Sequence record: OP595145.1 | Direction: 5' to 3' (one strand) | Source: Escherichia phage vB_EcoM_DE16 | Length of the DNA: 64,000 nt | Shown: piece after piece, positions 56,789 through 64,000 of the stretch | Layout: every line of letters starts with the position of its first letter | Numbering within the stretch: position 1 is the first letter of the stretch | Program-made: the position numbers and the translations under genes | Notes under the pieces: model-generated | Told to the model about the DNA's origin: nothing | Databases searched by the model: none | Seen by the model: only the letters and a program-made list of their open reading frames with translations

Positions 56789-57850
56789 ATGGCGAAGCCA
56801 ATATATTATCCTGACTGGGCTACACAAACTGTAACGCTCCCAGGAACTTTAAACACAAACAAAATTAGACCTAAAGAAACCATCCGCACAGTTGGTATGG
56901 ATTATGGTCAAATCATGACTTGCGAAGAAATGAACTGGATTCTTAATAATATCGGTTTATGGATTCGCTATTTGGTGGATGATTTTCTTCCAACTTTACC
57001 TAATACCTACTTGCCTTTAGTGGGAACTAAGATTACAATGGCAGGTGATGCTACTGGTGAGGCCACTTGGAACGGTAACAAAGAAGTTACTTTATCTATC
57101 CAAGTTCAAGATAACAGTCATAATCACTTGTCAGCAAACATTACAGATGCTACTAGTTCAACAGTAACACCAAACGTGTTGGTAAAACGTGATGCGGGTG
57201 GTGCTATTTATGGTGGTGATGTTTATGTTAACGGTACTTCCACAACAGATCCTGCAACACTGTTCTTCAAAAACTTTGCAGGACAAACAAATGGTGAGAT
57301 TTCTGCCGAGTATCAAAGCGGAGGTCAGCTTTACATCTATCGTAGAAATCCTAACACAGGTAGTGTATTGGCAGGTGTTCGTTTATATGATGCAGGTTAT
57401 GTTCTAATAGATAATCCAAGATCGAACAGTGGACAAGATACTTCTAACGGAAATGCTTTAGTTCGTTTAGATTATCTGAACTCTCGTTTGACTTCCCTTC
57501 AGAACACATTGCAGACGAATATTAACACTGTTCAAAACAACTTGAATAATGTTAACAACAACCTCTCTTCTCGTATAAACAATGTAGAAAGTAATCATCA
57601 AAGTCAGATTACAAATAACTACAACTATGCTAACGGAACCTTTGTAAGAGATATTCGTTATACTAGCCAAGGTGTGTATTATCCGCCAGGGAACGAGGTT
57701 TCTTGGACTTATATCTGTTCTTCTGGTTATGTTCTTTCTGGTATTATCGTACAGGAAACAGGACGTAGCTCTGCGGATAACATCGGTGGGGTTTACTTCA
57801 AACGCCTCCAGCGCAACGTTAACGGAAACTGGTACGATATTGGAGGCTAA
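56789..57850 (+). CDS. tail fibre protein (353 aa)
   Basis: N/Q/T-rich, coiled NNLNNVNNNLSSRINNVESN segment typical of fibre shafts. Confidence 0.45.
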   Translation: MAKPIYYPDWATQTVTLPGTLNTNKIRPKETIRTVGMDYGQIMTCEEMNWILNNIGLWIRYLVDDFLPTLPNTYLPLVGTKITMAGDATGEATWNGNKEVTLSIQVQDNSHNHLSANITDATSSTVTPNVLVKRDAGGAIYGGDVYVNGTSTTDPATLFFKNFAGQTNGEISAEYQSGGQLYIYRRNPNTGSVLAGVRLYDAGYVLIDNPRSNSGQDTSNGNALVRLDYLNSRLTSLQNTLQTNINTVQNNLNNVNNNLSSRINNVESNHQSQITNNYNYANGTFVRDIRYTSQGVYYPPGNEVSWTYICSSGYVLSGIIVQETGRSSADNIGGVYFKRLQRNVNGNWYDIGG

Positions 57851-58396
57851 ATGATATTTACAAACTTTAAAAAATATATTCCTGAAGACCCTGAACTAAA
57901 AGAATTGGTAGAAGCAGAGAACATTCTTTTTCTTCGTTGCGATCAAGGTTACGACTGGTATGATTTACGTAGCACAGAATTCAATAACGATAAAATGAAA
58001 GTCGTTTTTGATGATCAAAATCGTATTGTGTTTTGGAATACTGATCCTACACTACTTTGCCCTGAAGATCTTTCTATAGCACAAGTAGACTTTAATATAG
58101 ATACTTTTGAGGATATTAGGAACAAGGTTCTGGATTTAGAAACCTTAACTCTTAAGGATAAAGAGTATTCCCGTGAAGAGTTGATGACACAAGCTAGTGC
58201 AAAAATTCGCTCTTTACAAGAAACAGCGGTAGCACTTATAACACCTTTACAGTATGCTAAAGATTTAGAAATGGCTACTGAAGACGAATTAGCTTATCTT
58301 AAAAATCTTCAAGTTTATGTAGTTAAACTAAATCGTGTTCCGCTTCAAAAAGACTATCCTTACGCTATAGATTGGCCTACATTACCGACAGAATAA
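57851..58396 (+). CDS. tail fibre assembly protein (putative)
   Basis: 181 aa directly after fibre gene with overlapping start. Confidence 0.4.
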   Translation: MIFTNFKKYIPEDPELKELVEAENILFLRCDQGYDWYDLRSTEFNNDKMKVVFDDQNRIVFWNTDPTLLCPEDLSIAQVDFNIDTFEDIRNKVLDLETLTLKDKEYSREELMTQASAKIRSLQETAVALITPLQYAKDLEMATEDELAYLKNLQVYVVKLNRVPLQKDYPYAIDWPTLPTE

Positions 58397-58405
58397 GGGA
58401 TCACT

Positions 58406-58741
58406 ATGGAATTTCAAGAAGCATGGGGACTTGCAAAGGATGCAATAATCCCTTTAATCGGAGTCATCTGGTTCTTTTTCAAACAAAAAATGGATAAATT
58501 CGGCTCTGATCTTGAGGAAATGGAGGAGAAAAGTCGAGAGCTAGAGAAGAAGTTGGTCTTTGTTGAATCAACTTATGCAACTAAAGCCGAACTTACCCAG
58601 ATGCTAAATCAAATTAACTCTACATTAATGGCAAATAATAACACCCTTGAGCAAAAAATTGAAAAGATTATGGACCTCAAGAATGCGACTATCCAAATGA
58701 TGCTAGATGACATAGTTAAACGTACACAGAATAAGGGGTAA
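58406..58741 (+). CDS. hypothetical protein with N-terminal TM and coiled coil (111 aa)
   Basis: hydrophobic N-terminus then E/K-rich helix. Confidence 0.4.
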   Translation: MEFQEAWGLAKDAIIPLIGVIWFFFKQKMDKFGSDLEEMEEKSRELEKKLVFVESTYATKAELTQMLNQINSTLMANNNTLEQKIEKIMDLKNATIQMMLDDIVKRTQNKG

Positions 58742-58744
58742 TTA

Positions 58745-61700
58745 ATGGCAACATTCCCAACATATCCAGCAACGTCTCTCGAACAGGGCGTAGACCTGGT
58801 TATTTTCTCATCTAACCAACTCCATGATGTTATTAATGGAAGTGCTACAGAGAGTATTGAAACAGAATCAGGGTTGATACCAACCCTGAGAAAAGCCCTT
58901 GTTGACAACTTTTTCTTTAAAAGCCCATTGGATTGGGCGCAAGGCACAAACGAAACAGTTTTTAACCAACTTCGTTATTTCCAGAATGGAGTATTGAGCG
59001 GTTATTACTATGCCCCTAACGCTACATTGGTTAACCCAATCCCTATGCAAGGGACTCCAGTAGGAGATAACAACTGGGTATTGTGGGGACTGAAAACAGA
59101 ACAATTAGCAACAGAAGTCACCCCGTGGGTATACTCTGGTGCAACGGGTTATGAAACAGTAATTAGTCCTCCTTACATCTTTGATAGTGCTATTGTTACG
59201 ATCAATGGTGTTATTCAGGTTCTGGGGGAAGCTTTCCGTATAGAAGATAGTAAGATCATCTTATCTGAACCTTTGGGACACGATCCTGCAACAGGACTAC
59301 CAAACAAGCTTTTTGCTTATATTGGTAAAATCGTAGCTTCAGCAGATACAGATCCTAATCTAGAGAACCGTCTTGTTAGTTTAGAAACAAAAACGGAAGA
59401 ACTAACAGAAAGCATGGATAAAGTCCCTCTGCAAACTATTGCTCGTAAATATGGTTTGTTAGATGATGAGGTGGCTTACGCAACAGCAGGTCAATCGTTA
59501 ACAGGGATTAAAGCTCTGTATGATCCAGTAGCACAGTCTTCCTACACATTACCTCCTAACATCACAGGAACTTTAACATCCTTGTCTGTTTCTGGAGTAA
59601 TGACTTATTCTGGGGGGTCTGTAGATCTTTCTGCACTAGCTGTTGAACGTGGACAGTTTGTTCATTTGCCTACAAGCTTTGGTAATAACGTAACTCTGAC
59701 AGCTAAAAATCAGACGATTGGACGTGGTGCTGGTCGTTATCGTTGGGCTGGAAGTTTACCAAAAAGTATTTTGGCTTCTGATACATTGGAGACAAGCGGT
59801 GGATTAGGTCCAAATGCATGGGTTCTGACCAATACAGAAGGACTGTTAACCCCTCGTGGTGGAACATACAACGATTTATTCGATGTTGTCTACTTGTCAG
59901 AATTTGCTAACAACACAACAACATATACCACACCAGAAGCAGCTTTCCAAGCGGCACTGTTAGCAGCAAAAGCTTCGAAAAGCAAGATTCTCGATGCTTA
60001 CGGTTGCGATATGACTTTCACGACAAGCTCTTTTGATATTCAAGGTATCACTTTGCGTGGGGGTGTGTTCCGTGGTCAACGCGACTATCGTGTGCAAAAT
60101 GCTACAGTAGAAGGCACAACTTTCCGTAACTCTCGTGTTATGTATTGGGGTGGTGCTGTGCGCATGTTCGATTGTTTGTGGGACGGTGCTCCTCGCGCAG
60201 GTCAAGTTGGTAGCTTGGTATTCCAAGGCAACCCAATATCAGGTACTTTTGAAATTGATAATTGTACTTTTAAAAACGGGTTATACGGCATCCTTCAACA
60301 AGGAACAGGGGAACCAGTAACACGTGGTGTCTTCCGTAACCTTACCTTCATGGACATGCAAGGTGATGCAATAGAACTGAACGTCATCAATAAACATTAT
60401 GACGATGGTTGTGTGATTGAGAATATTTACCTGTCTAATATCGATGGAACTAATGCTCCTATTCCTCTGTCCAACTGGGGTATCGGTATTGGTGTAGCTG
60501 GTAAAGGACCATATGGTTACGGAATCCCTGATGATCAATATTGTAAGAATATTACAATTCGTAACGTTTTTGCAAAACGTTGCCGTCAGATTGTCCACGT
60601 AGAAGTTGGTCGTAATATCTCTATCGAAAACATTCATGGCGATCCAGACCAGACTGTATCTGTTGGGACAGGTTTGGCAACTGGCGCAGTTGTAATGTAT
60701 GGAAGTAAAGATTTTACGATTGATGGTGTTTATGGAGAGCCTAAAACAGACGGTAGCACACTTGCAAGTAATATCCGTATGATTTATTTGGAGTGGGGAA
60801 CTAACGCAGTTCTGGACGAAGAGGGTAATCCGGTAGTTCCGGCACAGGGCAGACCTTCAAATCCATGCTTTAACTATTCTGTTCGTAACATTCACACCAA
60901 AACTGGGCGTGTTTTTGCGGGAGTTTCCGCTGGGCCAGGTTATGAAAACAGAGTTAGCTTTGAAAATATTCGTTGCGCTGCATTGCAGTTGTTCGGTATA
61001 GCTTCTTGGCTTTCAATGTCTAACATCACCTGTAATATCTTCGATTGTGTTGGTCAACCTGAATCTGGTCCAGGGACATTTTATGATGGATTCTTCCGTA
61101 GAGAAAAATCTGTTCTTGAAATGGTTAACGTAAACTGTTACCCAGATGGCAAGACGATGGTTACTGGTCGTCCACAGTGGAGCCGTTGCCGTTACTCGGA
61201 TATTCATCGTGTCAACTGTAATGTTGAAGCTAATATGTATACCAATATCGCAGGTGGTATTGGAGCTATTGTAGGGACAACGGGCAAAGTTTATTACTTA
61301 GAGCCTAATCCTAGTCGAAACATTGATGGAATGCATTTCCCAACAGGGAAAGAGTTTGACAAAGGGGATATGATAGTCAAGGCGGATAATACGTTCTTCC
61401 TTGTAACAACAAGTGGGGCATATATTCCAGATATCCCAGCTTTCGGTATTCGAGCTACACAGGCAGGAGATACCTTCCTGACACAGAACTTGACTCCTAA
61501 CGGGACAGCAACAAATGCTTCTTGGTTGTATCATTACCCTCTGTCAGCAGGGACACGTATCCGTATTCCTGGTGCTGGTGTAGGTGGAGCAGATTTGGAC
61601 ACAGTTATTACTCGTGCACCTTATCAAGATAATGATACGTGGACTAACCCAGTTAAAATAGACATTGCAGATCCAATTGTAACGCCTACAAGTGCTGGAG

Positions 61701-61798
61701 TTAGAATTAAAACCATACCTAATGATTCCAGTAATGTTTCTGTAGGTAATACTGCGGTTATTCGCCCAACGCCAGTAGTAGATGTGCCAACAACCTAA
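58745..61798 (+). CDS. tailspike protein with right-handed beta-helix (putative depolymerase)
   Basis: 1017 aa; repeated NxxxxN/IxNIxG-type beta-helix rungs (FRNLTFMDMQGDAIELNVINKHYDDGCVIENIYLSNIDG...ITIRNVFAKRC). Confidence 0.5.
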   Translation: MATFPTYPATSLEQGVDLVIFSSNQLHDVINGSATESIETESGLIPTLRKALVDNFFFKSPLDWAQGTNETVFNQLRYFQNGVLSGYYYAPNATLVNPIPMQGTPVGDNNWVLWGLKTEQLATEVTPWVYSGATGYETVISPPYIFDSAIVTINGVIQVLGEAFRIEDSKIILSEPLGHDPATGLPNKLFAYIGKIVASADTDPNLENRLVSLETKTEELTESMDKVPLQTIARKYGLLDDEVAYATAGQSLTGIKALYDPVAQSSYTLPPNITGTLTSLSVSGVMTYSGGSVDLSALAVERGQFVHLPTSFGNNVTLTAKNQTIGRGAGRYRWAGSLPKSILASDTLETSGGLGPNAWVLTNTEGLLTPRGGTYNDLFDVVYLSEFANNTTTYTTPEAAFQAALLAAKASKSKILDAYGCDMTFTTSSFDIQGITLRGGVFRGQRDYRVQNATVEGTTFRNSRVMYWGGAVRMFDCLWDGAPRAGQVGSLVFQGNPISGTFEIDNCTFKNGLYGILQQGTGEPVTRGVFRNLTFMDMQGDAIELNVINKHYDDGCVIENIYLSNIDGTNAPIPLSNWGIGIGVAGKGPYGYGIPDDQYCKNITIRNVFAKRCRQIVHVEVGRNISIENIHGDPDQTVSVGTGLATGAVVMYGSKDFTIDGVYGEPKTDGSTLASNIRMIYLEWGTNAVLDEEGNPVVPAQGRPSNPCFNYSVRNIHTKTGRVFAGVSAGPGYENRVSFENIRCAALQLFGIASWLSMSNITCNIFDCVGQPESGPGTFYDGFFRREKSVLEMVNVNCYPDGKTMVTGRPQWSRCRYSDIHRVNCNVEANMYTNIAGGIGAIVGTTGKVYYLEPNPSRNIDGMHFPTGKEFDKGDMIVKADNTFFLVTTSGAYIPDIPAFGIRATQAGDTFLTQNLTPNGTATNASWLYHYPLSAGTRIRIPGAGVGGADLDTVITRAPYQDNDTWTNPVKIDIADPIVTPTSAGVRIKTIPNDSSNVSVGNTAVIRPTPVVDVPTT

Positions 61799-61804
61799 TG
61801 GAAT

Positions 61805-61828
61805 AGAGGGGGATTCCCCCTCTTCTTC
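61805..61828 (+). terminator. stem-loop terminator after tailspike gene
   Basis: AGAGGGGG-ATT-CCCCCTCT then TCTTCC. Confidence 0.5.
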
Positions 61829-61859
61829 CAATAGAATGGTCTAATGATAGGAGAGATAA

Positions 61860-63884
61860 ATGAATTTAACAAGACCTAATAGTGCGATAGCCGATCTGGT
61901 AGAAGCTACTTATCGAAAACGTCGCAGCTTTGAGGCAGGTTTTACATTACGTAATTCCCGTGAAGTTTTGCTGTTAGCAGCAGAAGGGAATTATTACCAA
62001 TGGAAAGGAACTTTTCCTAAAGTTGTTCCAGCAAACTCTACGCCAGCCACCACAGGTGGTATTTCTTCCCTTGCATGGCAAAGTGTTGGGACCGCTGATG
62101 ATATAGCAATTATCAATGCCAAGTTTACAGCAATGCAGCAACAGATTGATGATCTGTCGGAAACAATACCTGAAGCTGGTAAATCGGCTTATCAGATCGC
62201 ACTTGATAATGGTTTTGTTGGAACAGAAGCACAATGGCTTGCTTCTTTGAAAGGGGATACTGGTGCTCAACTTAATATTAAAGGATCATTAGCAAGCACT
62301 AGTGAACTACCATCCACAGGTAACGTTGCAGGGGATGGTTATATCGTAGGTGATGTAATCTACGCTTGGGATGGTTCTGTTTGGAAACTTATTTCTTCTC
62401 TTGGGCCAGAAGGTAAATCAGCTTACGAGGTATGGTTGGCAGATGGTAATACAGGATCTGTTTATGATTTTCTTACCTCTATAAAAGGTGATAAAGGTGA
62501 TGTTGGTCCTACAGGGCCACAGGGAGCACCTGGTGTTAACGCCAACGGTTTTGATTATCGTGGGGATTTGCCTTCTACAAGTAACTTACCACAACCTAAC
62601 TCTGAAAACGTAAGCCAAGCTTATTCTATCAATGGTAATCTTTATGTCTCTAATGGGACAGCTTGGGTCAACATGGGTAATATTGTTGGTCCTCAAGGTC
62701 CACAAGGTGAGGCAGGTAAAGACGGTCTTGATGGAACAGATGGAGATGAAGGGAAATCTGCATATCAAAGTTGGCTGGATGCTGGTAATGAAGGGACAGA
62801 AGTAGATTTTATTGCCTCACTTAAAGGTCCAAAAGGAGACAAGGGTGATCAAGGAGAGCGAGGTCCACAAGGTGAACTAGGTCCACAAGGACCAGTGGGT
62901 GCAACAGGATCAGGTTTAGAGATTATCGGGGTTCTGAACAGTGAAGCTGAACTTCCTCCTACTGGAGAAGTAGGTGATGCATATAAAATTAATAATGATT
63001 TGTATGTTTGGATTCAAGATGCTACGGAATGGATGAATGTTGGCAGTCTTGGAGGAACATCAATTACAGCTAAAGGTCATGTTCCGAACAGTGAAGCTCT
63101 CCCTGTTTATAATAACTATGGTGATGCCTATTTAACTGAAGACACTAGTAATCTTTACATCTATACCTACGATCAAGACACCAATTCCGCATCTTTTGTT
63201 GACATGGGAAGTATTAAAGGCGACAAAGGTGAAAAAGGGGATAAAGGAGATAAGGGTGATCCTGGAACAAACGGAACCAACGGTACTGATGGGACCAACG
63301 GTAAGGACGGCGCACAGTGGTTTGTAGCAACAACTAATCCAGTTGCAGGAGACGGTGTTATCAATGATTACGCTTTCAACACTACCACTGGAGCAGTGTT
63401 TAAGAAAACAGATTCTTCTACATGGACACTTATAGGAACTCTTCCTAGTATACCAGAAGCACCTCAAGACGGCTTGACGTATGGTCGTTCTGATGGGAAC
63501 TGGATCGAAATATCAGGATCAGATCCTACAGAAGCTATAACACCAACTAAAGTTACAGCAGGTTTCATGGAACTTGAAACAACTACTGCCAACTCTGGAG
63601 CATCTTGGACTCCTTCTGGAACTTCCAATATGTATGTTGTTACAGTAACTGACGCTCTGACAGTTGGAGCATGGCCTGGTGTCACTGGCTCTACAAAGCC
63701 TAAAGCGTTTTCAGCAATGATTTATTTGATTCAAGATACAACGGGACACACGGTTACACTAGATGCGTCTTATGGAGCACTGAATGATACAGAAATAGCA
63801 ACTACTGCTAACGCAGTAACAATTTTGCAATTAACGTATCCTGGTGTGGGTGATATCGTGGACATGGTTGTTGTAACACGATAA
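61860..63884 (+). CDS. tail fibre protein with collagen-like Gly-X-Y repeats
   Basis: 674 aa; several Gly-X-Y runs (GDKGDVGPTGPQGAPG; GPQGPQGEAGKDGLDGTDGDEG; GPKGDKGDQGERGPQGELGPQGPVGATG; GDKGEKGDKGDKGDPGTNGTNGTDGTNGKDG); VPANSTPATTGG fibre motif. Confidence 0.6.
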   Translation: MNLTRPNSAIADLVEATYRKRRSFEAGFTLRNSREVLLLAAEGNYYQWKGTFPKVVPANSTPATTGGISSLAWQSVGTADDIAIINAKFTAMQQQIDDLSETIPEAGKSAYQIALDNGFVGTEAQWLASLKGDTGAQLNIKGSLASTSELPSTGNVAGDGYIVGDVIYAWDGSVWKLISSLGPEGKSAYEVWLADGNTGSVYDFLTSIKGDKGDVGPTGPQGAPGVNANGFDYRGDLPSTSNLPQPNSENVSQAYSINGNLYVSNGTAWVNMGNIVGPQGPQGEAGKDGLDGTDGDEGKSAYQSWLDAGNEGTEVDFIASLKGPKGDKGDQGERGPQGELGPQGPVGATGSGLEIIGVLNSEAELPPTGEVGDAYKINNDLYVWIQDATEWMNVGSLGGTSITAKGHVPNSEALPVYNNYGDAYLTEDTSNLYIYTYDQDTNSASFVDMGSIKGDKGEKGDKGDKGDPGTNGTNGTDGTNGKDGAQWFVATTNPVAGDGVINDYAFNTTTGAVFKKTDSSTWTLIGTLPSIPEAPQDGLTYGRSDGNWIEISGSDPTEAITPTKVTAGFMELETTTANSGASWTPSGTSNMYVVTVTDALTVGAWPGVTGSTKPKAFSAMIYLIQDTTGHTVTLDASYGALNDTEIATTANAVTILQLTYPGVGDIVDMVVVTR

Positions 63885-63887
63885 CAG

Positions 63888-63913
63888 AAGCCCCGAAAGG
63901 GGCTTTCTTTTTA
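63888..63913 (+). terminator. rho-independent terminator after collagen-like fibre gene
   Basis: AAGCCCC-GAAA-GGGGCTT then TCTTTTTAT. Confidence 0.7.
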
Positions 63914-63925
63914 TGGAGGGTTTAA

Positions 63926-64000
63926 ATGTTTCCAATTCCAATATTTACTATTATGACCAGCACTGGTGTCGTTCCTCTGCCAGCAGGTATTGTTAAAAAA
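63926..64000 (+). CDS. hypothetical protein, N-terminal fragment (runs off window end)
   Basis: GGAGGG RBS then ATG at 63926; hydrophobic N-terminus. Confidence 0.35.
   Translation, partial: MFPIPIFTIMTSTGVVPLPAGIVKK

Noticed and set aside
62470-63310. Short periodic nucleotide repeats (GGT GAT AAA GGx) that could look like a tandem-repeat or CRISPR-like array
   Set aside because: The periodicity is 9 nt and in frame with a long ORF encoding Gly-X-Y collagen-like repeats; there are no spacer-separated direct repeats.
1-64000. Integrase, excisionase, repressor, or attachment-site repeats indicating a prophage or temperate lifestyle
   Set aside because: No tyrosine/serine recombinase motifs or CI-like repressor were found in any ORF; the gene content (RNR, ligases, tRNAs, lysozyme) is that of a virulent phage.

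Overview
This 64 kb window looks like a contiguous piece of a virulent tailed-phage genome with a contractile tail; no integrase or repressor is visible. Everything below is read from the sequence and ORF track by motif recognition only; no database search or RNA-folding program was run. Positions 1-23605 are read on the minus strand, outward from a divergent control region (23606-24087): first about a dozen small ORFs of unknown function, then an RNA ligase / P-loop kinase / metallophosphatase trio, an ATP-dependent DNA ligase, a MazG-like pyrophosphohydrolase, an RNase H/FEN-type 5'-3' exonuclease, a DEDD exonuclease, an HNH endonuclease, a ThyX-like protein, class I ribonucleotide reductase (nrdA, nrdB), a complete dTDP-L-rhamnose pathway (rmlB-rmlA-rmlC-rmlD) coupled to a glutaredoxin, and a T4-type lysozyme. 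The centre (24820-27320) is an ORF-free cluster of 12 tRNA genes plus two tRNA-like remnants and a 0.5 kb tRNA-free spacer. Positions 27385-64000 are read on the plus strand: spanin-like lysis genes, a large terminase interrupted by a mini-intein, portal, head genes (scaffold, decoration, major capsid), sheath, tube, frameshifted chaperone, tape measure, baseplate, and several large tail-fibre/tailspike proteins. The strongest leads are a class II tRNA carrying an Asn anticodon (GTT), the phage-encoded rhamnose pathway, the terminase intein, and an exonuclease whose conserved N-terminal domain has no canonical start codon.
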